Source: Amphiscolops sp. MND2022
Taxonomy: Eukaryota
Reading direction: 5' to 3'
DNA: 64,000 nucleotides
Assembly (NCBI GenBank): GCA_964187785.1
Contig: OZ076421.1
Location: 20,522,001-20,586,000 of the forward strand
Position numbers and translations under genes: made by a program
Shown here: positions 1 to 12,355 of the stretch, one piece after another
Layout of the letters: each line of letters starts with the position of its first letter
How positions within the stretch are numbered: the first letter of the stretch is position 1
The notes under the pieces: generated by a model
Told to the model about the DNA's origin: nothing
The model's input: only the letters and a program-made list of their open reading frames with translations
The model's database searches: none

Positions 1-348
1 TTTATATTTCACAAAAAGGTTCTCGCTTTGGTTTTATGGTTTCTCGTGGGAATAGAAAAGGCAGAAGAGCCTTTGTTTTTAGATGTTTCTGGTGAGAATC
101 CAAATGGAAATTGAGATTTTATTCGGTTGAGAATCTTTGACGCGTTGAAGTACTTTCACTTGTTTTGAGCTTTAAAAGGTCGCCAACTCATGACGTTCCC
201 GGCTTGTTAATTTTTTTAATGTGTTTAAATGATAGGAAACAAAAATGTCTGCGCTCAAAAGGTGTCCATTTGAATATATGTTTTCCAATAGCTTCTGTAG
301 AATTTTTCGGTGTGAACATTTTCGGAACACTACATTTAACTGTTTTTT

Positions 349-899
349 TTATATCTTTAAACGCCTTGGCGAGAAGTTTTCACACTGTATACTCTTCAGT
401 GAATTGGACATCCCATCCCTGTAGCTATCCCAACATGCGAAAACCGAACTTGGCATCCAAAAAATGACCCAGAGAATACAACTGATGCCAAAAATCAGGG
501 TCAGCTGCTTGTCTCTTTTGTTTGTTCGTTGAGCTCCATTTCGGGTCAAAAGGGTCCGGGCAGTTACAACGTATATAGCAACAGTAATCATAGCCGGCAA
601 CACGAAAAGCAAGATCTCATCGATAATGATTGCTAAATACTTCCCAAACACGTAAAGTTCGATTTTTCTCGCAACAATTAGGATTCCGTCAGGGATTCTT
701 GGGATTCGGGTGAGGAAAAAGACATTCCGAACAAAAAACAGAAGAATTCCACATGAAATCATGATGACTGCTATTGCGATTCTTCGACCCTTGGACAAAA
801 TTTGTCGCGCACTCGTTCCCTTGTGAACAAAAATGAAACGTTCAGCTGCAATAGAAACTAGGAACAGAGATTGGTTTCAATTAGATAACCGATCGATTT
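349..899 (-). pseudogene. Class A (rhodopsin-like) GPCR exon, TM3-TM6, probably pseudogenised
   Basis: Minus-strand translation gives SIAAERF (E/DRY motif, about 835-855), TM5 ILLFVLPAMITVAIY and TM6 LIFGISCILWVIFWMP. A TTTTCAG acceptor ends at about 900. An apparent frameshift lies near 867, there is a stop at 349, and only a degraded TM7-like stretch follows at about 230-290. Confidence 0.7.
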
Positions 900-1656
900 C
901 TGAAAATTTAGAAACTGAGTAATTTTGATATTACTGAAATATTTCAACAATCTGTATGCTGACCTGACCTATCTCGATCAGTTAGAAAATTTAATTATAC
1001 TCATAATTGGAAGCGAGAAAAATTCAACTTTCTTCCTAATTAATGTTGAAGCAAAAAATATATTCCACAAAGGCAAAATACATGCAATAGCATGATTCAT
1101 CGTTTTTCATACATTATACATTCATCATGCATACTTCTCTCGATAAACTTAGTTTAAGATACAAAAAAAATTCTCATAAAGCATCGCATGTGTAATAAAC
1201 AAACCTTCCAGATCATTTGGAGATTTTAAATAAAATCGAGTATTATTCCCCAATCTTTTGAAAATTCGAAAATTCTATCATGATTTTTTGATACATCTTG
1301 AGGTTGATATTAGACGACTGATGAGATCGGTCGGCTAATGTTAGAAGTTCCTATGCAAAAGCAGGTAGAACAGTTGTTGATTGACGTCATCAGACTGAGT
1401 GTATCATCAACCTGGTCCAGATTATCCAGGGACTTGAAGAAAGAAGCTGGGAAAGAGTGGAACACGTATTGGAATTCCTGTGCTGGGGCATCTTCTTCGT
1501 ATCTGATGGCCGTTGAAGCAGAGATGCACGATGTCCAGAACTTCAATCCCAACACGACCACCTGCTTTTCTTGCACATGAATCTTTTTGAATGTACAGTG
1601 AGGTTGCATTGAAAATCAATTGGTTTCAGCAATTGGAATCAAAAGTTTCTTGCTTA

Positions 1657-2418
1657 CCCAGGTTTTCGATCTTTGCGAATCTGTGCAGATCTGCAGGATT
1701 TTTGCAGATCTTTGCAGATATGAGCAGATTCGAAAAAAACTGACATACTCAGAAACACAAAAAACCCACAGCGATGTAAACGAATAATAAAAATGTTTAA
1801 AACTGGAGAGAAATCTCATTTATGTCAAAATGATGAAACATGTTTCTGTAGCAATCTGTCCAGATCTGTAGAGTTTACAGATCTTTACAGAGCCAAACAA
1901 TGACCATTAAATTACTATAACGTATTCCAAGTTAACACTTTATCAACACATCGACCAACTCATAAGGTTGTCACATGTCAAATTTAATCCACCAAAACTA
2001 AGTCAATATGGCAAACGAGCCTCTCAAAGTTCAACAATCACTTCTGGAAAGTTCAAGTGAAATGGATAAATTACGGTGTATAACCATACCGCACTTTCTC
2101 CAGTCACCAAAATTTCCGTGATGGGGACAAATTTTCCTTCTCGAGAATTTTGAGTGATGGAGAGTTTCAACTGACTGACCCTAGGTCAGCTAAAATACTC
2201 GATAAGTAGTTAAAGAAGTCCAAAAATGCAGTATATTGGTTCCTTAGAAGCTGCAGAAAAACACATTTCTGCAAAAATCTTTAAAGAAAATCTGCACACT
2301 TCTGTAAAGATCTTGCATATCTGTATGGATCTTCAAGATACAGTGCAACGATCTTTGCAGAACCCTGCAGAAAAAATTCTGCAGATCTGCACAGATTCGC
2401 AAAGATCGAAAACCTGGG
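1657..2418. mobile_element. Non-coding MITE/foldback element with about 40-bp TIRs, flanked by TA
   Basis: CCCAGGTTTTCGATCTTTGCGAATCTGTGCAGATCTGCAG at 1657 and its exact reverse complement ending at 2418. TA at 1655-1656 and 2419-2420. Subterminal GCAGATCT-type repeats. Confidence 0.75.
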
Positions 2419-2548
2419 TATTCATCCATAACTTCTCATGGTATTTCCCAGTGTTCGAAGCTATATATAGCTTCGAACACTGGGAAATACCATGAAAAGT
2501 TATGGATGATTACCCAAGTTTTCGATCTTTGCGAATATGTGCAGATCT
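2383..2548. repeat. 166-bp near-perfect loopless palindrome
   Basis: Two 83-bp arms with 4 mismatches counted, centred on CTATATATAG (2461-2470). Confidence 0.9.
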
Positions 2549-3661
2549 GGCGAGATCTTGGCAAGGCTAGCAAAGATCTAGCCATGGTTAACCATGGTTA
2601 ACTATGGTTTGCAAAGATTCCAAGATTTACCATGTTCTTGACAACGGTTCTATGGTGGCAAATGCGTACATGACATTATTCGCACATAGCAATGATTTTA
2701 GTAATTTTTTAGAATTGATTTTTTTTGTTTGAAGCTGGAGAGATTAAGAAGGAGGAAGTTAAAATCTGTGTACGGTATGGTTGAAAACTTCCAGTCTCAT
2801 CATAGCAATTTTAAGTACTGAATCCGATTTGCTCAACTTTTCATTGACCAGTCGACAAAACTATCTGAGCCCTTTTAATGAGATGGCAGTCATTCGATTA
2901 GGAAGCACCTTCAATTCCAAATTAGACGAAAGCTTCGAATATTTGACAGAGAATTCATTCATGTCAAAACAAAAACTAACCACTTCTCGAACCCAATGAA
3001 ACAAACCTCTTTTGATTGGTTATAAGACGGAAATAAGAAATGAGAAAACTGTCTTTTCTATAAGAAGAAACTCCGAGAGATGTGTCATACGAAATTCACG
3101 CTTGTCTACTTGATCTACTACAAAATATCATTTTCACTGTTCAGTTATTTTTAGTGCTCAAACTTGCTTTTTGTCGGTGCAACTTAAAGACTCTTTGAGT
3201 TGCAACTGGTTTTGAAAGTTCTGTATACTTCGCATTGCACATTTAAAACAGATTTGACAATCAGAACGAACTCAATAATCATCTGTTTCCATGGAAACAA
3301 ATCCCCGACCTTCATTTCATTCGTTGTTTTTTGAACATTGATCTCGTGATGTGCTCCTAAACCTGCTGCTGAACAATTAAGTTTTCACACGGTCTAAACC
3401 GAAAAGAAAGGGGAAAAAGAACCTTGAACTTGAGCTCATATAATTTCATTGTTTGTTTTTTATGTTGATCTGGAGTTTAATCACTCTTTCCAAACGTCTC
3501 ATTCTTAAGTTTGTTCTTCAATTTTACACCTTACATTTGTTTATTCGAAATAAGTTCGGATTTACTGTTTATTTACTGTAATTAACAATATCAAACCAAT
3601 CCCTAACTTATGGTATAAACTTGTCTCTCCTAATTAACGAACAAAATTGTGTATTTCTACC

Positions 3662-4069
3662 ATGTTTCATGAAATGTTACGCTGTATTCTCCTTCTTTTA
3701 TTGTGGGTTATCAATTGCAGAGCAACTGAGTTTAATATAGATAATCGCACCCGAGAATCCGACCAACTTGCTATTCAATTAGTGAAAGACATTAAACCTC
3801 AAATTGAGCGACTAAACGAAACAACATTCACCATTTTTGAACCCATCTCATACTACGAGTATATCAATCGAGAAGAAACCGACCTCGATGCAATATTGTA
3901 TTGGATCAAAGTGAGATATGATGAAGGATTTATGCACATCAAGATAAAACAGTACCTTTTCACGAGACCTTATAGGCCAGCAATTTTGATTGGTTACCAT
4001 CGCCATGTGACTCGGGAAGCGCAATTGCCACTATTCGTTGAAGAAGTTTTGAATGAAGATATGGTATGA
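3662..4069 (+). CDS. Secreted stefin (type-1 cystatin)-like protein, 135 aa, intronless
   Basis: Matches human cystatin A as recalled: IKPQIERLNETTF~VKPQLEEKTNETY, YWIKVRYDEGFMHIKI~YYIKVRAGDNKYMHLKV, LIGYHRHVTREAQLPLF~LTGYQVDKNKDDELTGF. N-terminus MFHEMLRCILLLLLWVINCRA is hydrophobic. TATAAA at about 3614. Confidence 0.75.
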   Translation: MFHEMLRCILLLLLWVINCRATEFNIDNRTRESDQLAIQLVKDIKPQIERLNETTFTIFEPISYYEYINREETDLDAILYWIKVRYDEGFMHIKIKQYLFTRPYRPAILIGYHRHVTREAQLPLFVEEVLNEDMV

Positions 4070-4404
4070 AACTTTGTAGTATCTCGTTTCACTGTAACTT
4101 CGCATGTTTATAAACATGCGAAGTATACTGATACGATGTTCATTTTTGACTCTGATGTGAAATTTAGTGAATTATTCGATATTTCCAGTTTTGGAATCTT
4201 TTTCATTATATAACTTTTGCAAACACATTTCACGTCCTTTCTCGTTTTTGATTGTGTACAAGTTTTACTGAGTGCACCGTTTGAAATGAAAAACAAATTA
4301 GGGTGAGTTGATTTCACTACATACGAAAGCGCCCAAAATTCATTTCATCCCACGTTCAATTAACTCCTAATCTCACATTTTATTTACTCAATAGCATCTC
4401 ACTC

Positions 4405-4925
4405 CAGAGATGTTACTTTAAAGCGGGGATTTTTACGGAAATATGCGATGCGGAATGCGGAACTTTTATTGAAATTATGCGCTAAGAACCGTACAAAAAT
4501 GTGAAATATGCGCTAATCAGAGGAATTATGCGAGGAAAAATAGGTTCGTCAAAACTGAAATTCAACTCAATCTGCAGAATAATAGGCTTTTTCGGCAAAA
4601 AAAGTCTGAGTTTTGGAACATTTTTGCGCGTGTTTGGGCATCCACAGATGAAGAATGATCTCTTTTTTGTTTCTTTGTTTTCTCCGGTAAAAGAAACGAC
4701 CGATTGTAACCTCTCACAGGGCTGGGCATAATTTTTTCCTAATAAGAATTACCAGAATTATTCATTTTGGAATAATACCATATATTTTGATTTACATTTC
4801 TCAGAAATATGCGGCAAAACTTGGCAATATAACGCAATTATGCGGCAATTTGTGCGTGACGAAAATTACGTCAGATTATGCGGAATTGTGCGGGATTATG
4901 CGCCGCATAATTGTAACATCTCTGG
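4405..4925. mobile_element. hAT-type MITE
   Basis: TIRs CAGAGATGTTAC...GTAACATCTCTG(G). 8-bp direct repeat TCTCACTC at 4397-4404 and 4926-4933. Subterminal ATTATGCG repeats. Confidence 0.85.
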
Positions 4926-5842
4926 TCTCACTCTAATGAGCCCAAAAATGTCAAGTCTTTGAAGTCTATCGACTGGTTTTCGCAATTTCGTTTTGACTGC
5001 AAGATAATTTTTAGTCGGCGCGCTCCGAAAAGAGAAGGCAGACAATAGTTATGACTTTCTAAGACTACCCGAACTGACAGATGATTTCATCAAATCTATA
5101 AATTTATTCACACTGTTTCCTGCTTGGTTTGGAAGTAAGTACGTGGTTTCGACGTACGGGCAGGACTAAACTTTCTAAAGTTTACCATCGAGTCCACATT
5201 AGGTTTTTTCAAGTAGTTTACCTCATATAATGAACAACATACACTTACGAAGTGTCCGAATTTGCCACAACTAATACGTTTTTATCCCTTTGTGTATCGG
5301 ACAATTGTGTGATATAGTTCATTTCGGGCTTACCTACTCTAAAACTTGCTTTTTTCTACGTGGTCTTTTGCAGTTGTATGTCAACGGGAATTTTTCTTTC
5401 ATTTTCCTTATAGTGATTTATTTCCATTTGATTGTCGTTCCTTGTGTTGGCGCCAGTCAATTGCAAGCTCAGAAACACAGATTTGAAGGTGACTGATGAA
5501 ACTTATCACTCAAAACACTTAGAAACTTTGTCAAGATTTTAGTTGGAAAATTACAAGTTTCACCAGAAATAGGGCATCCCAAATTTGGGCCACCCCAAAG
5601 CAAGTTGAATTTTACTACCTAGGTGGCGGAGTTTCAAAAAAAGTACTTCCATGTGGCCCGGTTTACGGTATATTCAAACTTTCGACGTTATATCCTAAGT
5701 AAATAGCGTTTTACTAAGGAGAAAGCGGAGGATCGCAATTATTGCGCTTTATCCGAATTTTGACGTTATATTCAAAGAAAGTTGCATTTTACTAAAATCC
5801 GAATTTTGACGATATATTCCAAGAAAGTTGCATTTTACTAAA

Positions 5843-6332
5843 ACAAGACGAGAACGTCTAAAGTCGGCGCCATATCTGAGGCTCCAAAAACGCAAATCAT
5901 ATTTTTGGAAAAAACTTGACTTTTGAAAAAAATTTCTTTCAAAAAAGTCACATAGTGCCGAAAAATGTAAAAGGGGGACCCTTCTGGATTTATTACCATA
6001 CATTCCGTTGCAAAAGATCAAAAACCTCGAAGGGGGGACCCTTTGGGGACATTAGAAAATTTTCGAAAAAAAGTTGCACAGTGCCGAAAAAAATCCAAAG
6101 GGGGGAAGGACCCTTTAGGCACGTCCGGTTTTGTGGGTTTCCTTGAAAAAGTAAATGAAAAGTAAAACACCAAAGGGGGGACCCTTTGGAATAACTTAGA
6201 TGCGTTTCCGGGGTATTCGTTTAGTTGAAGATACTGAACGTTAACGTTCGTCGCTTCGAGTCTGTCTTAAATAAAAAAAACGAGTGACTGTAATAGTCGG
6301 GCTCTTTTCTTAAGGAAAGCGCCGACTAAAAA
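5843..6332 (+). mobile_element. Dispersed non-autonomous repeat family (GGGGACCC / GCGCCGACTA family), Helentron/HINE-like architecture
   Basis: Subterminal inverted motif AGTCGGCGC (5862) / GCGCCGACT (6319), a 3' hairpin TAGTCGG...CCGACTA, an A-rich end and internal GGGGGACCCTTT repeats. Related copies at about 14130-14465, 20420-20740+42667-42875, 49570-50450 and 50640-51110, with end fragments at about 5010 and 61310. Superfamily assignment is inference. Confidence 0.6.
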
Positions 6333-7394
6333 GAGGAGGACAAATTTCAAAAAAAACACTCCGATGAGTCCCAGCACGCTATATCCAAAGTTTTGATGCG
6401 TTTTCCGAGCTCGAAAGGCACCCTTTGAGTGTTTCGACATTTTTTGTAATTTTAATGAGAAAAGCCTTGAACATATTTTGAAACTTTGCGCTTTTTGAGC
6501 CTTGAAACGTTTTCGTCTTGTTTGGAACTTTGACTGCCAATTGGTGAAATATTTGAACACATGTAATTTGCAAAACTTTATAAATTGTGTAAAAGGTTAA
6601 TGGATTCTTAAATTGTGGTCTTAGATCGACAGATAAGATTTTTGCAAAGGAGTATTAGATATCGTCCAGTGATTTTGCCAATTTTTCTGCACAATCAAAA
6701 TGCCGACATTGTCTCGAATTACGTTAGAAAGTCGTATTTCTTAAAATTTCAAAAATAGTACTTGTTTACAAGCATTTTTTCTGAAAGTTAATTATGCTTA
6801 GAACCATTTCAGTAGAGCCGATTTTCGGTTTTCCTGTTATCGTCAAAAAATTGTTCAAAAGTGGCACTAAATGCACAAGTGTCGAATTCTGACAATTTCT
6901 CAAACGCATTCCTTTCAATAGTTTTTTAAACAATATCTTGGGCGATGGTCTGAATAGAAAAATAACAGCCTTCAAATTGATTCAATTTATGACACTTTGT
7001 TTTACGAGCGAAAAAAACTTATCAAATGGGGCAAAAAGTCAGTTTCCGACGAATTTGAAACTCATCTTTCTCAAACATTCTCTCTCATTTTTTTCCAAAT
7101 AGACCTTACTCAAGCTCTAGATTTTCCAGAATTTTAGCGATTTGTTAGTTGTTTCATGGCTACTGATTTGTGTGTTCAACCATTCAACGAGATTTTTTTT
7201 CATGCTCAACAAACTTTAAATTTCGAGCGTTATGAATAAAACGTGCTCGCAAAACATTGACAAGGAATTGTTATTTAATGGCGGTGGCATACTTTGAATA
7301 ACAAAGCACTGGTTTTTAATTTGAATGAACTTCAAAGACTTGCCATTAGCTTCCTTAAGTTTTTTCTCATGGGCAAGAATTTAAGAAGGGGTAC

Positions 7395-7555
7395 GTCTGT
7401 CGACGCTTGAATGCACACGAAAAAGTAGTTCATATCTCTGAGTTCTTTCGAAAGAAGAATCACTGCCACCATCGCAATATTCATAATCACTCCAATCACG
7501 GAAGTCGGTATCTGAACAAACAACCCAGAGACGTTGCAACACTTGTTGAAAACAT
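7395..7555 (-). pseudogene. GPCR exon, TM1-ICL1-TM2, likely the upstream exon of the GPCR at 349-899
   Basis: Translates as IPTSVIGVIMNIAMVAVILLSKELRDMNYFFVCIQASTD (N1.50, LR in ICL1, A..D2.50), followed directly by a GT donor at 7394-7393. Same strand as the TM3-TM6 exon; the linking exon was not found. Confidence 0.65.
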
Positions 7556-7912
7556 CTCAGAACTTTCCACAAACTGTGTTCTGATGGTCCAGAAGGCGCT
7601 CCAATCAAAGACAACTGGCGGTTTGATAACTCCTTAACTATTATCAAATTGAAGTTCCTCGCTCCAATTGAATCATTATCAGTTTTTTCTTTTTAACACG
7701 ATGCATTGACTACTTGTACCATTGAGAACCCTGGTTGGAACTGCTTGAACTTTTTACATGTTTTTGTAGGTTACCAAGCTAATTTGCCATGATTTTATAA
7801 AATTCTCAAAGAAATGTCCATGCATTAAAACTTCACTGATTCGATTTAATTTTATCAAGCTGCCTATAAAATGCATATTAAATGTGACGGCAATTCTGCG
7901 CCGCGACGTTTT

Positions 7913-8269
7913 GGGTTCAGGGACATTTCGTCACCAGCCATTTAGGCGACAATATGGTGTCGGTCACATGGGCGACAAAAGTGTCGACCAAATGGGTTGA
8001 TCAATTTGATCAATTAACTGATATATTTGAAGAGGTTAGCATATTTGTTGTATGGCTCGGTCGCTTCGCTCCCTTCGCCAAGTAGCAACATTGAGGTATG
8101 GCCATATGGCACGTCGCTCCGCTTCGCTTCGCTCCTGCATTTAGGGCACTAGGGGTATGTGAACATATTTGGCCATTTAGTCGACGCGACATTTGGGCGA
8201 CATTATTGTCGCCGAAATGGGCTGAAGTTTTTGTCGCCCAAATGGCTGGTGACGAAACGTCCCTGCCCC
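7913..8269. mobile_element. Foldback MITE with core module A
   Basis: TIRs GGGACATTTCGTCACCAGCCATTT / AAATGGCTGGTGACGAAACGTCCC. Its core TGGCTCGGTCGCTTCGCTCCCTTCGCCAAGTAGCAAC... recurs at about 38855 and 40695. Confidence 0.75.
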
Positions 8270-8379
8270 ACATTTTGCAGGTTTCATAAAGACGCCGTTC
8301 TAATTTTGAAAGCAGCTCAGACCTTAATCAATTTTACCGCGCTTTCAATGCAAACAAATTTCAGTCACATTATAAGTTT

Positions 8380-9570
8380 CAAAGTAGCGTCATCTTCAGC
8401 GTGCTATTTGGCTAACGGTGATTACATAAGGTACTTACATGAGAAACTTACGCGTGAAATCAAAGTGATCGCTGCGGCGAAGAAGTGGAATTGTTTTCAG
8501 TTTTAATTCAAATAGTGAAGGCTGCATTGTAATCCTACAAAATGTGTCCATGCACGGTCCCGGAATTTGCCATGTTTTATAAAAAATTAGCCTGCATGTT
8601 TCAATGCAGCATGTAAAAAGTTCAAGCAATCTCGACTAGGGAAAACAATACAGTACTGTGATTAAGAAATTTTCAGCCCTGTGCGCTGAGCGTCGTTATC
8701 GACCAATTAAAATTGCTTACTTGCGCTCACTTTCAATTTTAATTGGCGCATCGAGTTGCCCAGAAAGAACGCTTATGTTATTTTCCAAGTTTTGGGCAGG
8801 GTTTTGAACTTTTTCTGAAAATTTTAAGTTCATCGGATTCTGCAGATTGTCTAGAATTTAATTATATATTTTTTGTTTCATTTATCCATAGATTCAGTGG
8901 ATTTGTGGGAGTTTATGGAGCATAAAACTTGTCAAAAAACTGTAAATAAAACGGTTAAAAGTTGGAAAAACGGCAAAACTCCCAATTTTGTTCATAATCC
9001 CAAAATTTGTAAATTTCTCAATTTTTCTCTCAGAATTTTAAAAACATGCTAATATAAACTAGATGAAATTCGAAGAAAATTCCGTTCGAACACTAGCGAG
9101 GTTTCGCATAGGTGCGCCTTTTTTCTGGGGCACTTTTGCTTTTTATGAGCACTTGACTTTTCATAATTTTACTGAAAAGTGGTTTTTGCTTTCAGACTCT
9201 ACTTCTAGTGGAAGGAAGCTAATAGATAACAAGACAAGCTAATTGAAAACAGAATTTAATTCAAAAAGAGGCGTCACCTTGAACTGAAAATAGAAAATTA
9301 CGACTCGGTCTCTAGTTGAAACTGCTGGGAAATTTTTCATGCTGCTTTCATGCATACGAGGCTAATTTTCTTTACAAAGCATGGAAAATTCCGAGAGTCT
9401 GCTGGGAACAAATTAGTAGAACTACGATGCAGCATCTATTTTATTCAAAACTGCAAATATTTCTACTTTTTCGCCATCATGATCACTTTGACTCCAGCTT
9501 TATTTTCTTTAAATCCATTGTATATAATTACCGCAATGCAAATTACACTCTGAAAATGACGCTTCTTTGA
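8380..9570. repeat. Old, diverged inverted repeat pair (about 8380-8630 vs 9310-9570) of a local repeat family
   Basis: AAAAAATTAGCCTGCATG...GCAGCATG vs CATGCTGC...GAGGCTAATTTT, and GCGTCATCTTCAG vs CTGAAAATGACGC. Further decayed copies near 10200-10340 and 13040-13340. Confidence 0.55.
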
Positions 9571-9610
9571 AATCTATCTCACTGAAGTTGATTTGCATTA
9601 AAATGCCGGC

Positions 9611-9684
9611 AAAATTGAAAAAAATATATATACCGCAAATTAAACTTGAGTTTAATTTGCGGTATATAATTTTTTTTCAATTTT
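9611..9684. repeat. About 74-bp palindrome
   Basis: AAAATTGAAAAAAATATATATACCGCAAATTAAAC-TTGA-GTTTAATTTGCGGTATATAATTTTTTTTCAATTTT. Confidence 0.85.
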
Positions 9685-10011
9685 CGAATTCACCCCCGAC
9701 TTGAACGTTTTAGATGTTCCTTTGTAGCTCGCCGAGCAATTCTTTTATGCTTCTATAGAGCTCTCCGAGGAACTTCCATGCATTAAAATTTCAGTGCTTC
9801 AATTGAATTTTATCAAGTTGTCTAAAACATGCATCCTAAATTTGGCATGAAGTTTCACAATTGTGTTTTAGACAGCTTGATAAAATTCAATTAAAGCACT
9901 GAAATTTTAATGCATGGAAGTTCCTCGGAGAGCTCTATAGAAGCATAAAACAATTGCTCGGCGAGCTACAAAGGAACATCTAAAAAGTTCAAGTCGGGGG
10001 TGAATTCGAAA
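9682..10011. repeat. Long inverted repeat: about 145-bp arms, about 37-bp spacer
   Basis: GAATTCACCCCCGACTTGAAC...GTCTAAAACA and its reverse complement ending GTTCAAGTCGGGGGTGAATTC, with few mismatches. Confidence 0.9.
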
Positions 10012-12355
10012 TCTTTGCCTAGTCCACTGAAACAATCCTGTAATTACAGATTTTTCATTCAAGTTTCTACTAGTAGTTTTTGCTAATGTTTACAATCATT
10101 GTTTTTTTGTTTTTTAAGCAGCAATGAAAAACGCATTTAGCTTGTTAATGCGTTTTCGGAAGAATTTCAACGTGCCTCGTTTTGAACAGAGTGTTAACTA
10201 TAGTCGAAACAGCAGGAACTTTTTACATGTTGCAGGCCTGCATGCACGGTAATTTTTAAATAAAACATAGAAAATTCAGTGAACTTCGGATGGTAAATCA
10301 TGTAGAATTACACTACATTTTCCACTACTGAAACTGAAATTGAAAATAAATTCCACTTCATTACCGACTCGATCACTTCGTATTAACACTTTGTTTTCCC
10401 AACTACACATGTGATGTGATCACAGCTTCTCAAATAGCATGACGCTCATTTACAGTCTATAAAAAGTTGCCAAAGTGTTACAATACTGAGCTATGTTTTT
10501 CTCAAATGACAGTCTTGAAACTGAATTGTTCTTATTTTAAAACCTTTTAGTCTAACATCTATCTAAAGCAGCTATCTGTCTATCTAACACCTATAATCCA
10601 AAGGGCCTCTATTTGATTGTTTTACTCATTCGTTGAGATCAAATATCCTCCTCTGGCTTTTTTGGCACTGGGAACTTTTTCCGATATTTTCATATCATTA
10701 AAAACCCGGTGTTTTTCAATATATTTTTTCAGTTTGTCTCCCTTTGGATATTTTCGACGTTTATATTTTTCAAAAACATCCCTTGAGCATATAAGAAAGA
10801 CTTGCCTTTTTTGGGCCTGAAGCGGCCTTCGACCTGGGATCGTTCCCGGTATGTTAGGCTAAGGAATAGTTCTTATCAATATTCACGGAAACGTCGGCCT
10901 CAACCTGGAAAGGTCGAAGGTTCAAAAAAGCGCGAAGTTTTCAACAATAATGCAATAAGAAATTCTTGAGGAAATCTCAGTGTCACAAAATGGTACGTAC
11001 CATCAGCCCGGCAATGCTGACTTCAATTTTCCATGCCACGAAGTAGAGGTAATGGAAGTATGGGATGTCGGAGGCTAGCTCCCCATTGGTGTAAATCCGT
11101 GTTGTGTTACTACCCACCACGTTGCCCATCTCCAAATCTGGGGGTTGGACAAAATTTACCCCTCAGTTTTGATTCAGACCACAAACGTGAAATTGCTGCA
11201 AGGTAGGCTATTAGTGTCACCTGGAAAAATTTCAGAAAAAAACTTCAGTTAAAACTGGTGTCCTGAACATTAATTTTTTAGCTTCTAATCATTGATAGTT
11301 TTTGATTTTTTGGCATCCACGCAATGGCAATCCAACGCAATGACAAAACGTCCTTCATTGAACTTAGAATAGATCCACTACATTTCATTTTTCATTGAGC
11401 CGTTACATTCAACATAGAGAACTTTAGGCAGGATCAAATTAGTATAATTTAAAAACTTTTTTCAAGGTTAATCGTAACTTCATGTAAAAAGGTTTGTTTC
11501 AAAAGTTCTTCCTGGATCCGAAATAAAGAGGTTTCCATGCAATTCCATACACGGAACCTTATGATCAACACAATTCCATGCGAATACATATATAGAACCA
11601 TAACATCCGTGGTTTTCATGCGTTTCCATGCTTGGAACCACATGGTGTTTGGAAAGGCATACGAGCCTAATGCAATATCAAGATAATAGTTATGATAACG
11701 TAGTTGAAAGTTTCTACGAGAAGATCACAACATGTTTAAAGTGAGCACGATTATTACATGAAGCCAGAAATGGTCCAAATTTTTTCACTATTGCAAAGTT
11801 ACTGAAATTATACTACTAGAAATTATATTTTTATTCAAAAAAAATTTTAGTCACGATTTGCAGCAAGTTATTTGAGCTTTTGGAGGCAGCAAATTTATTG
11901 ATATTCGAAATGTTCTCAAAAACGTTTCAATTCAACCACAAAATAAGCGCTTCCCTTCCATGATTGGCAAATGATATGAAGCAGGAACAATTCAAATTAA
12001 TATCAGATTCAAAGCCAAATATTGGCCTTAATGAATGGGTTGTTTCATACTTTTACTTCAGTTTCATTTTAATTTACGCAAAAAAAATCAAAGGAAAAAA
12101 TTCAAGATTAATTCAATTACTTATTAGAACTTCTCGCCACTATGATTACCACCTTTGATAACCAGGATCAGCTGAGAACTAATGTGAAAATCCACGAGAG
12201 AATATTGCCAAAGCTTGAGTTTCGGAACAACTTTTTGAAAAAATGCTTGACATCAACTATAAATTTTTATGGTGCGTTTTTTTTCAGCTCAGTATCGATT
12301 GCAGGCCATTATAAACAGGAAGTTCGTTTATTATAGACACATTTAAGCCTATAGG

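Noticed and set aside
165-467. 100-aa plus-strand ORF
   Set aside because: Antisense to the GPCR remnant, starts at a non-ATG codon and has no motif.
2770-3000. Coding-like minus-strand stretch (HWVREVVSFC...)
   Set aside because: Contains an internal stop, has no recognisable family and lacks convincing splice sites.
5749-5845. Small local tandem duplications (also about 13450-13580, 39030-39075 and 56160-56200)
   Set aside because: Two-copy slippage duplications with no sign of function.
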